From Rhizophagus irregularis (lineage: Eukaryota): a stretch of 64,000 nucleotides of DNA. The translations under genes were made by a program, and so were the position numbers. Shown here in pieces: positions 49,282-61,950 of this stretch (the first letter of the stretch is position 1; every line of letters starts with the position of its first letter). Below the pieces are notes generated by a model that was given only the letters and a program-made list of their open reading frames with translations, was not told where the DNA came from and did not search any database. The DNA is taken from the NCBI RefSeq assembly GCF_026210795.1, contig NC_089431.1:1178001-1242000 (forward strand), read 5' to 3'.

Positions 49282-51125
49282 ATGGAAATATTAAATAAAC
49301 CATCCAAAGAAAAGTGGGAAAATGCCAAAGGCTATCAGGTAAATGCATTTACCTTATCGTTTATAATAATAACATAATTCAAATAATAACATTTTCCTCA
49401 TTATTTAAAAGTGGCATGTTACGATTTCTTCTACTAAACCAGAAGAGATAGATGGTAGAATAGTTTATATAGAAGATTTAGAAAAAAGAAAAAAAGCATA
49501 CGGTATATGTGGAGAATGTAATGAACCTGGCACAGGAAAAAAATGGTGTCAAGCATGTAATGCTAAAAGGTTTGAAGAAAATTTTAAAAATTGGACCAGT
49601 GGAAATAAAGATATCGATGATTTAATACAATATTCACAACTTAATGCTGTATATTATACAAAATTTCTTGAGTGGATACCTTTTGAAAATTTTCAAAATG
49701 TTACTTATTTTACCAGAGGCGGATTTGGTAAAATTTATTTAGCCGAAAGGCCTGAAGGGTATATTACCGGCTGGGATATTGAAAATCAAAAATGGCAAAG
49801 AGGTACAAGTACTAAGGTTGTATTAAAAAGTTTGGATAATTCTTCTGGAATTAGTAAAGAATTTTTAAATGAGGTAACTAAAAATTAATTTATTCGTCAT
49901 TTTAATATTCATTAAATAATTTTTTTTTGAAAAAAAAAAAAATTTTTTGTTGTTAGATTAAATCTCATATTCAGATTTATTTTTGGGGTATTCTTCAATG
50001 TTATGGAATAACTCAAGATCCAAACACTAAAGATTATATGATGGTTTTACCATATTGTGAAGATGGAAGTTTGAGAAATTACTATTTAAATAACCATAAA
50101 GAAGGTATTAAAAAAATTTATGATTTATTTAGAATTGCAAATGGATTGTTAGATATCCATAATGCTGGTAAAGTACATAAAGACTTCCATTCGGGTAATT
50201 TATTATTATATGATCGTGCTATATATATAAGTGATTTAGGAATGTGTCAATCAGCATATAATAATAATGGAAAATCAGACAAAAAAGAAGTTTGTGGAGT
50301 ATTACCTTATATGGCACCAGAAGTTTTGCGTGGATATCAATATACAAAAGCTGCAGATATTTACTCATTTGCAATAATTATGAATGAGTATTTTTCTGAA
50401 GAAATTCCTTTTAATGGTATTCCTCACGATGAATATTTAGCTATACAAATATGTAAAGGACTTAGGCCAAAAATTTTTGAAGGTACTCCAAAATTACTTG
50501 CAGATTTAATTATGAAATGTTGGGACGCAACAGCAGAAAATAGACCAACTACTAAAGAATTGTATGAAATATTAATAAAATGGAATGAAGAAAAAAAGAA
50601 ACGTAATAGTGAAATTTATTCTCAATTGAAAGAATACGATAAAATTAATAAAAACAAATTGGAAAGCGGATCAAGTAATAAGAAGTCTGAAAATGTTAAA
50701 TCTCACTCTCAAGCAATTTATACTAGTAGACTTTTAAATTTCAGACAACTTCCAGAACCTTCATCTCAATTATATTCAGGTAGTATTTTATTTTAATTTA
50801 AAAATAAAAACAGAAAATTTTAGTGATTAATTTTTTAAATGATATTATTAGATGCTACTCCATCAGTATCAGCAAATCCAAGTTAGTATAATCATTAATC
50901 ATAGTATTGTCTGTTATAGTTTCGTGTTTTATTAATGCCATAATTATTATTTGTATCATAGTATCAGAATGTTTGGATGTTCAATTAAGTGAATTAGGTA
51001 AAGAATTTTTTTTTTATTATTTTTGACTATGATTAATATTTTCTTATAATTTTATCTATTTAATTAAAATAGATCTCATTGAAATTGAGCAAGATGAAAA
51101 TAATATAATTGATGATTTAAATTGA
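49282..51125 (+). CDS. TKL-like protein kinase K3, apparently intact; 6 exons
   Basis: Exons 49282-49338, 49412-49873, 49957-50779, 50852-50881, 50962-50997 and 51073-51125. Motifs CGEC..WCQAC, GGFGKIY, HKDFHSGN, SDLG, YMAPE and DIYSF. Confidence 0.93.
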
Positions 51126-52454
51126 TGCATGGTTTTTGGTTTTTTTTGAATAAATATATAGTACCATGATTTTATATATTTATTTTTTTAGTGAGAATTG
51201 GAGATTTGTTGAGGGTTTTGCATTAAAAAAGGTCATAGACAGATAATAATTTATGAACGTAATTCCAATATCATAGTATTTATATATTATTAAAAATTAC
51301 AATAGAAAATCTTAGACATTTTAGAAAACTTAAAATTAGTTAACGTCTATTTTAATTTCTTTGTACTATATAAGTTGAATTCATCAAAAATCTTAAAATC
51401 TTTTATTTCATAAAACCAGCCATATAATTAAATTTTTTAGATTTTTTTTTTGAATCACGTATTTTTTATTGTGAAAAATATCAACTGCAAATGCATTCAC
51501 AGCACCTAAAAAAATGGTAATTGGTTCTTTTTTTTATTAATATATTTGTCGTGCGTGACATGCAGTACTTGTCGCTTGTGATCAACATGCCATAATTTAA
51601 TATATTATTGCCCTTAAATTAATAAAGACGTTTGATAGAGGAACGAGATTTTACACTATTAAAATTTTTGATATAATTATATGCTAATGGCTTACAATAA
51701 TGATAAAGGTAAAAAGCATATAGCATGAATATTAATACAAATTGGAATTATTCTAAAATTTTAAAACAAATTTTGCAATATAATACCACTAGTTTCAAGA
51801 ATCTTAAGGTAAATATATACTACAAACCGGAATACGACTAAGATTTTATTTAATTGTTAAATAAAAATTATTTTAAAATTTACTTTTTTTATACGTAATA
51901 ATGGTTTTCACTGACAACCATTTCACTGACAGAATCATTTTACAGCCATTTCGCTGACAGTTTTGAAATCCTAATCCACCTTATCAGAATTTGTGTACGA
52001 ATTTTATAATAAAAATAGCCATGAATCTTAAACGCACCTAAAAAATGTAGCAAACACATATAATTCAAACGTTATATCCAAAAAGATCTTCTTGAAAATT
52101 GAATTATATTGTTTTCAGTTAATTCAACATCTTTATATCCTCCTGACTGTTTCTTATTTTAATCAAAATGATTAAGCTTGTTTCATATCATGTGAAAAAA
52201 TATGTAATATCATTTATCCAATTATCCTAACCGAGTTTAGATCAGTCCATCAAACATGTTTTGCTGCATTTAAAACTTTTCATTCTTTATTAGAGAGCGA
52301 AGCGTAGGACATTAACATGGAAAATCGATCAGTCGTGTGAGAATTTTTATTTGTCATATCGTGTCATCATAACGTCTGATGAGATTATCAAACAAGAGTA
52401 AATAAGTCGTAGAATAAAGTACCTTTTTCATTTGAAAAATTTTTTCCTTAGTAA

Positions 52455-52815
52455 AAGCGGGTATGTTTTCTTGTTTTTATTTCTATTTTTATATTTTTAA
52501 CAATTCGCTTTTAATTTTCTTTTTTTTTCTTTTTAGTTTTAGGTTCTTCGGTTCTGCAGCAAAAGGTACGTTTCCTTCTTTTTTCTTTTTTTTTGTTTCA
52601 TTTTTGCTTGTCGTCACTAACTTCTTTCCTTCTTTTAGGGTTTTCAGCCCTTCAGTTCCGTGGTCAAAGATACATTTCCTTCTTATTCTTTTGTTTTTGA
52701 TTCACTTCTTGCCTCTTGTTTCTTACTTTAGGTCTTTTAAGTTCTGCAGTTTTGTGATTATATTTATTATTCATTAGATCTTTAAGTTCTTCCAGTTTGC
52801 GAAAAGGTACTATTT
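52455..52815 (+). other. Second array of tandem intron-like units with homologous micro-exons
   Basis: Donors gtatgt (52461), gtacg (52566) and gtac (52807); branch-like actaac; acceptors at 52542, 52638, 52731 and 52777. The 23-31 nt spacers resemble each other (gttct..cag...aaag). Confidence 0.6.
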
Positions 52816-53685
52816 TTCATATATTTTACTTAAAATTGGTCTAATGTACTATATGCTTCCATATCCACCAGGTTTTGTTATTCTATAATAAATAAATTAA
52901 TATAAAATGTTTCAATTATAAAAAAAATTATACATATATAGAAAAAAAGGAAACAGTTAACAAGCTTCTTTTGCTAAAAAATATAAAATTCTAATAATTT
53001 TAAAAATTTTAAATAAAAGTACCTCGATCGACTACGAGTTGATTAATCATTGATCGAATTTTGCTGAGTTTTACTCGAACAAATCATCGATCAACGTGTT
53101 TTGGTCAATTAAAATCAATACTAAATCCTAAATACTCAACAAATTTGATCCATCCATACTGCGTAACATTTGCCGGTAAAATAGTGTCTTACTACACTTA
53201 AAAACCTTATAAAATCCTTTATAATTATGAGAACGAACGGATGATACAAAACTATTAATTAAGAGAAGAAAAGAATTTACAGTTAATGAATTGAAATTAT
53301 ATTATTCAGAATCCCATGTAAGGTTTTTTACATTTCTCATATGATTCACAACTTTCTCACTTCGATAATTTTGATTTTAAGGAAGAGAATTTTACAAGCG
53401 ATTTAATTTTTTTAAATAATTTAATAATGTGTGAAACACTATTTTATTCTATTGTCATCATTCCAAGTCGTTAACAGGCTAACACGTAATGATCGATCAG
53501 AGTTTTGCGTAGCCTACTAGTACTTACTGTCAGATATGGTGAAAAATGGTTTGTGCAAAGTATGTGCTCCGCAGAATAATAAATGTCATTAACATAAAAA
53601 TTTCTAAATTTTACTGTTTATTTAAACTTTGCGATTACTAAGATTCAACAATAACAATATAAACTACGAAGTGTTGATATAACAA

Positions 53686-53820
53686 AGGACAATGTATGTC
53701 TACGCACTATGAAAAAAAAATCGATCACGTGAATTTCTCTGTCCGCCACGTGATCGTCACTCAATAAAATCGCAAATTTTAGTTTTTCGCTCCGGACTTA
53801 CAACGGTTCCCGTTTCCTAG
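53686..53820 (+). mobile_element. Non-autonomous Helitron2/Helentron-like element, copy 3
   Basis: ggac...atgtctacgcactatgaaaa..tcgatcacgtgaatttctct...ttcgctccggacttacaacggttcccgtttcCTAG|T. Confidence 0.75.
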
Positions 53821-54729
53821 TGTAGATGATTTCGTACCGTATTAATGAAATACATCTAAAAAACTTTGGTAATAATTTTCTTTGGCAGGTCACGATCAGT
53901 AACAGCATGATTTTTTCCATTCAAATTTTTTTGAGGTTAAATTAAAAATATGCAAAAGTTTTTTATGTTTTATTATTTTCCCCGTAAAAAATGTTGATCC
54001 CCATGTTTTTTCCGGGAATGTATCATTTTCACGAAAGCCATGGAAGCCATGGAGATAAAAATTTTTTATAAGGTTTTTCTAAATTAAAGTATTAAATGTA
54101 AAATTTCTTTCTTTACAAAACATCTAAATAAATTGTTTTTCAAATTTTTCGGTCTCTTTTTTTTTAAAAAAAAAAATTCGTAAACTTTTTTCGTAAAATA
54201 GCAATAACAATTGCATTCGCATTCTACAATAATCCGGCGATGTTAATTATTTTATTTATTTATTTTCCTAAATTAGTTGTTTAACTGTTAAATAAAAAAT
54301 TTTTTAAACTGGAAGACAGCTTGATACACATTAATTTTTCAATATAGAATACTATTATACTATTCTAAAAAAATTATGTAATACCAGTTGTCATACATAC
54401 TTCAATTTGTAAAAAACATCGTATCACTATGAAAAATAATTAACCATTTCTTATTTTAAATGGGTTCACAATGTTTCGATTAGGTAAGGTATGGATTGTA
54501 GCCTCAGATGTGCATGATACGGGTTGTACATATTTTTGTATATATTTAGCTCTGATCTAAATAACTTTTCGTTCACCAAATTTGTTTTGATAATTTTCAT
54601 TTATTATAAAGTAAATAACAATATTACACATATAACTAAAATTACTGTAGTTATCACATTTATATTGTATTAATTGATGAGTATAGAATCATCAAAAATA
54701 TATTCAAAAAAAAGCTAAGAAATAATAGT

Positions 54730-56412
54730 ATGGAAACTTTGAATAAAACATCCAAAGAAAAGCCAAGAAATTTATGGAAAACAGTTAAATTTGATGATGA
54801 ATACCAAGTAAATGAAATTTCACTTTATAATTTATTATAGATAATATGATTTAAATAATAAATAAAATATATTTTTAATCATTTATTTAGACTCATGTTA
54901 CTGTTTCTTCTATTAATTCTGCCATTAAATCAGGAGAGATTGATTATAGAGTAATTTATATGGACGATATAGAAAAAAGAAAAGAAGTATATGGTATATG
55001 TGGGAATGTAGTGAGGAGAATTTTGGTGTCAAAATTGTAATGCAAAAAGACTTTTAAGGAAAATTTTATAAATTGGACTAGTGGAAATAAAGATATTGAT
55101 GAATTAATACAACATTCGCAACTTAATGCTGTACATTCTCGAACAAGTCTTGAATGGATACCTTATGAGAAATTTCAAAATGTCACTTATATTACCAGAG
55201 GAGGCTTTGGTAAAATTTATTCAGCTGAATGGCCTGAAGGAAATATTTGGTATTGGGACATTGAAAATCAAAAATGGATCCGATCCACAAGTCGAAAAGT
55301 TGCATTAAAAAGCTTGGATAATTCTTCCGAAATTAGTACAGATTTTTTAAATGAGGTAACTAAATAAAAAAAATTAATTTATCATTGTTATGTTTAAATT
55401 GACATTATAAATTAAATTTTTTTTTTTTAAATTTAATTATTAGATCAAATCTTATCTTCAGATTTATATTTGGAGTATTGTTTTCTGCTATGGAATAACT
55501 CAAGATCCAAATACCAAAGATTATATGATGGTTTCATATTATTGTGAAAATGGAAATTTAAGAAATTTCTATTTAAATAATTCTAATGATAATATAAAAC
55601 TTCATAGATTATCAAGAATTGCAAATGGACTGTTAAATATCCACAATGCTGAAAAAGTCCATAAAGACTTTCATTCAGGCAATATATTGGAAGGTGGGGG
55701 TATGTATATAAGTGATTTAGGAATGTGTCAACCAGCAAATAATAAAGAGGGAAATCAGATAAAAAAGAAGAAGGAGTTTATGGAGTATTACCTTATATGG
55801 CACCAGAAGTTTTACGTGGATATCAATATATAAAAGCAGCTGATATTTATTCAAATATTAAAAGAATGGAATAAAACACAATACGATGATGATGAAATTT
55901 ATTCCCAAATGAGTGAATATAAAAAAATTAGAGAAAAAATTTTTTAAAAACAGATCAAATGAAAATAAGTCTGAAAGTATTAAAACTCATCCTCAAGCAA
56001 TCTATACAAGTAGGCTTTTAAATTTCAAAAATCTTCCAGAACCAGTAAATTCGTCAGAATTATCATCATTTCAAGTTAATTCGGGTAAATCTTCAATTTT
56101 AATTATGAAAAAAATCTTATTTAAGTTTTAACAGTATCCAATTTTTTTTTAATAATAGATAATCATTAAATCATTAATACTTTTTATATTATAAATTATA
56201 TTTTATTTAACGTTATTTTATTGTTTAATTTATAGTTTCGGAATGTTTTAGATGTTCAATTTAGCGAATCAGGTAAAATGATTTATTTGGAGTGATTTAT
56301 TATTTTATTAATAGTTTTCTCGCCTAATTCGTCTAATTTTATTTAATTATTTCCAATAATAGATCTCAATAAAATTAATCAAGAAGAAGAAAATTTGAAT
56401 GATGAGTCTTAA
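54730..56412 (+). pseudogene. TKL-like kinase K4 pseudogene
   Basis: Exon layout like K3, but with frameshifts near 55005, 55050 and 55750, and a deletion at ~55853 that joins DIYS directly to ILKEWNK (most of the C-lobe lost). Confidence 0.88.
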
Positions 56413-58443
56413 ATTAGTTATAGTAGGTTTTTTCGGGAATAGTCAGAATAAATTTAAAGATAGTACTTATAAATAAACTTTAGTATTATGTCTTGGTGGA
56501 AATTTTTATGGGTAAGATCGAATAGGTAAAAAAAAAAAAATATATTAAAAAAGTTTATTATATATATTATTTATAGCTTATATAGTTAGACGCTCAACTT
56601 TGATTGCAGAATGACATCATGATAAAAAAAAAAATTACGATAGAAAATCCTTTAAGTTAGCAGGCTTATTAAACACATTAAGAAAACTTACAAACAAGCA
56701 AATAATTTTAAGTTTGCTATTACTATCTTTCTTTAAATGTAATTTATTTTTATATTTATTATTAGTTTTTTTTATCCGAATAAATTTTTAAATAAAAAAA
56801 TTTTTTTTATTCTTTTTAAAAACTAGTTATCAAAGACTTCAATTAATCCAGAATTATTTTTTTGGGGTGGGGTTAAAAAAATCGTATATTTTCTTTCATG
56901 AAACAGAAACTGCAATCGTATCCGCAGTATCACCCCAGAAAAATATTGGTTCATTTATCATAATGATTTTCTTTTATTTCTTTCCAATACAATAAGTTTA
57001 ATAGAATATATGTTCACGATCTTAAAGGGCAAAAAAATAATAAATTTAAGAATTTTATCTACTAAAATTCTCCAGCGCTAAATTTATTTGATCATTAACC
57101 AGTTTACTGACGAAAATAGAGAATTGAATTATATAAAGCTCCCGCTAATCACGGTCTCTAAATATAAGAATGTTTGATGATTATTATATTAAAAACATTA
57201 AGCGTTACTATTTAATTTTACAAATGAAAAAAATTATTTTTAATTGAAACGAAAAAAACTTTTTATTATAGATATGTAATAAGCGTCACTTTCACAAAAT
57301 AAAAATATTTTTATAATAATTAATTCAATTTTTCAGCTTAGATGAATAATATATAATATATATAATATTTATCTTTTAAAAAAAATTTATATAATAATAT
57401 CGTACTAGTTATTTTATATGATATCAAGGTTCTCGAGACTTGAGAGTTGAGATATTGAAAGATTCTTTTTTCGAGAAAATATTACATCTGTTGAAACAAG
57501 TAACATTCAATCTATGGAAATAACAATAAATAATCTCATAATATTATTTATTAATTAAAGTATTTAACGTCGGGTCATGACATTAACGATAACGTACTTT
57601 TTTAAAGAATCCGAAATGAAATTGGGATTACGCCTGTTAAAAAAAGAGAAACGTTAGATAACGTTTCTTACAAAAAAAAGATAAAAATTTAAGTTTCGCG
57701 ACGATTCAGTTACATAGTCGTTATACAATGGTATCTTCACTTAATACTTTACATAAATAATCATATTCTTTAATTTATTCAAGTAACTATCATATTAAGT
57801 TAAAGATTTCACTTTCAAAACGACAAGATTTTCCTTTATTATAGTTCTGAAGAATAAAAGAACGGTAATTAACGATATTACTACAAAGTATTTTAGAATT
57901 TTGGCATCTATTCCCATCACTAGTAACGCTGATAAATGGTGTATCTTGCATTCTTCCTATATTTAAGGCTTTTTAATTCTTTATAATAATTATGAAAATG
58001 AACGGATCAAATTGTTTTGTCGTATTTTAGAAAAATAAAGTTAAATTATTCGTATCAAGAGAGGGAAAAAGTCGAAATGGAAATAAGATGCGTAAATATC
58101 CGATTCAATGTAACGTAAAAATTAGTATTTCACAATAACTTAACATCGGTCCATTACCATGCTATTTTTTTTACATGATCATTATATTAACATGATTAAC
58201 AGTATTCTTCAATACGTCTTATTAAAAAATTTATATAGTATATTGCCGAATAAATATTTAATTAAGCTACCAAATTAACAAATAAATTTTTTCATATATA
58301 AAAGTTGTAATGAACAACAATCTGTATATGTTATGCCCTATTATAATAATAACGTATAAAATGATAATAATTTTTTTGTTTAATAAAAAAATACCATTAC
58401 TATTTATAATATTATAATAAATATTATCAGTTTATTATTTAAT

Positions 58444-58740
58444 TTTTTTAGCCCAAATCTAATAACAAATATTCTGGACTAGTATATTTAAGTTCTTCAT
58501 TTGTTATCATAACTTTATATTCTTGAAAATCCCTAATATTGAACTTAAATTTTCTATCGCTACTTCATTATTATGAAATCCTATATAATATCTTGAAATT
58601 TTATTACCATTAGGTCCTAAAATATGTAAGTTTTCATCTTTATAAACTATAAACTATTGGTATTTTTTGATTTGATTTAATTATTTTATCAAGATTCAAG
58701 ATTTGGTATTATTCTCCTCTTGTAATAAGATGAAATGTCT
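58444..58740 (-). pseudogene. Remnant of the last exon of a third methyltransferase paralog
   Basis: The minus strand reads IIPNLES...YKDENLHILGPNGNKI...EVAIENLSSILGI...IWAKK, matching ..DEKVVIIGPNGGKV...YWAQK of 8264-8601. Contains stops and frameshifts. Confidence 0.7.
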
Positions 58741-61700
58741 ATAAATTTTATCTTAGCCATTCCGTGCTTCACGTATTTTATGCGTTACAATTTAGATGTC
58801 TATCATGTTCTTTATAATTATTAGAATAACGCGGCTGATTTATATAAGGACTACCTTAATTGTATTGTATAAGTGGGGACAGCTTTAGCACATGATAACT
58901 TTAATATTATCTGAATATATTTTAGTAGTAAACTTATATTGTATTGCAAATTTGAATGTATTGAATTTACTTTACCAATATTTATTAACATGAATACTTT
59001 ACCATTTATGAATTTGTGGCAGATATTTTTTACGATGGAATTTCAAAAAGGGATATATTTTGTCAAATTATTCGACTCTCGAAATTTCTAATAAATTATT
59101 TTATAATAATATGATGCAGTCTACAAGTTATAAATAAGATGAATCGTCAAAACAAGATTATTCCGGAATTATAATATTATACTATTGTAACAAAATTAAT
59201 ACCAAAGAAACAATGTAATGTGAGAAATTGCCATGTTATTGTTTTGTATAAAATGTATATGAACGTAAGATGAATAGGCTAGATTTATAAAGTTTGAAAA
59301 TTTATTGTATACACTAATAATAAAAAAATAGAGTAAACTTATTAAATTGGTTAAAGGGAAAAAATCACGTGCGATTAAGGAAAATATCACTTTTTTTTTT
59401 AATCATTTTTGTAAAATAAGTATTATAAATTTGATCTGAGAATTTAATAAAAAATTCTAACTTAACGTACTTAGGCAACTTGGTCCTTTGTCGCGTTCAT
59501 TTAAAATCAGTTTTCACGTGTAATAAATACATTTATAAATATTAGATGACAATTAGTCTATTAAACTATCAACTCCAAAAGTAATTTGTATAATTTGTAT
59601 ATATTACAAGATCACTTTTCCAATTATTACGTTATATTTTACATTATATTACTGTTTTTTTTAAATAACTAAAAGATCATGCAGCCATTGTAAGACCTTG
59701 TGAAGTAAAAGATTTTTTTATACGCAATAAAAAAATAAATAATTGAACGAGTATTTTCGAGTAATAGTACATTAATTTAATCTAGTAATTGAATGTATTT
59801 TAATAATAATATTATAAATAGTAGTTGATAAAAATATTTTAAAATATCATTAAAACTTCTTAATAAAGAATACATTTCCATAATAAATAAAAGTACAGTA
59901 TGCTATAATATTCTTTAACTCTTTACTTTATAGTGCTTTTATTTATCTTAATGAAACCCAAAATCATTAAAACTCCATAATAACGTTCACGCAACATAAG
60001 GAACTATAGCAAAAAATTCGTAAAATTTAATATATTGATTAAAAATTATTTTTTCGCCTAATTAAGTTTCATGATAAATGTGCATCCTACTATTCCCTTC
60101 TTTCTAAAAATAATAATAAATAAAGTCGAAAAACAAGTTTAAATACTAATTATTTGATTCAAATGTTAGTTTTTTAACTCCTTAATTTGTCTTCTGATTG
60201 AACTTTTAAGCAAGAAAAAAATTTTTTTTTTCAAGATTCTCCATGAGCTCGTCCATACCACCACCATTATAGACTCTTCATAAGTTTCTAGCTGTACCAT
60301 CTCTGGCCACTTTTTTTATCACCAATTTTTTTTTTTACAGCGCTATCGTAGTTGCTCCAGGAATATTGTGGCTTGCGGCGACTAGTATTTGCCATAATTT
60401 AATTATATTTTCTTTACTATTTAGATTTGATGATAATAAAGGATTCGGTCTCGTTTATTCATGATTATTTTGTTAATTCAGAAAAACCAAGAAGTTTCGT
60501 TAATAAACAAGAGAATTCAGAAAAAAAGTTTAAAATGCACAGGGAAATTAAATACAAAAAGATGCACGTATAATTTTAGTAAATGACTCATCTTTCAGTC
60601 CGACCCATTATTACACATAGAAAATCCAAATATTTTTATTATATATTTACTTTGATATTGCAGCTCAACATTAGAATATTTCTCTTAATTATTATTAGTT
60701 TCGAATACATATAATTTAATTTATTTTTAATTTATTATATAGATTTATAGAATTAAGTCAAGAAGTACAGTATTGTTCATACTTTATAATAGCTAATTAT
60801 TATCAGTTTTGAATGACAAAGTAGTATGACATCGATGTTCAATATATACTAATATTATGGAGTTGTAGAATTAATGAAAATAATGTTAATATTTAGTAAA
60901 GTTTCCTTTTCTTTGAAAGTTGAAAATTTAATGGTTAGTAACTAAAGAATAAATAGAAGTTTCACCTTAAACAAAAATGTTAATAAATCTACTTTATTTA
61001 TAAGATAAAAGCTTTATAAAATTCAAACTATATACTTATTGGAAATAATTTACTTGCTTAAAAATATAAAGCTGTGTATAAAAATCTCGCAACCGTCACA
61101 TCTATCATACAAAATATTAATTGATTGGTAATACTCTTATTCTCTTACAATCTCCGGATGACTTGGACGTACATTCGATCTTTTTTATATGTTGGTAAAA
61201 CCGTAAACAAATGACATATATAAAAGAAGACTACAAATTATGATAATGTATGGAATATATATGAATATAGTAAATTAACGAGTCCATCATAAGCAATTTT
61301 TAACTAAAAAAAAATATTCCAGATAATGTTTAATTCAATTAATACAAATTATGTGATTTATAATTTCAGAATGTTAGATTGTCTTTTTTTTAAAAAAACA
61401 TTTGTTAATATTTTTAATTATAGAAATGGATTTGTTAATACAAGAGCCACTATTTGAGTATAATCTTTACACTTTATTCGTTATTAATTTTTACGTCTCA
61501 TCAAAGATTAGTAAGATTGACACTATTTTATTTTTTTAAAATACAGAAAAAAAATGTACATTACCAAAAAAAAATTAAGTTCAGATAAAAAATAATTTTT
61601 ACTTCGCATACTTCGCATTTCAAGTATTTTACAAAATGTAGATCTCTTATGTAACCATCATTTTCCATCATTTTAACCATTTCGGGTTAGATTAGTTCTC

Positions 61701-61950
61701 TTTCTTTTTTATGATGATCAGCAGCTGCTTACGAATTTTCTTTGTCACAAAATAGTAATTTTTGTATACAATAGTAGTACAAACAGTAATACGAATAAGT
61801 AATACAAAAGTACGCAATTTATTGAACTTTCGTTCAATTAATAATTTTTTTCTTTTGTTTATAATAATTCTGGAATTTATTTTGAGTAACGTAGTTATTT
61901 GTTTATATAACTAAAATTAAAATTATAATCCACAACTCAAATTAATTAAT

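Noticed and set aside
52376..52400. CTGATGA hammerhead-ribozyme core (also at ~9095 and ~38319)
   Set aside because: No correctly placed GAAA or closing stems could be found.
60200..60395. Short minus-strand ORF MANTSRRKPQYSW...
   Set aside because: 35 codons followed by a stop or frameshift; unidentifiable without a search.
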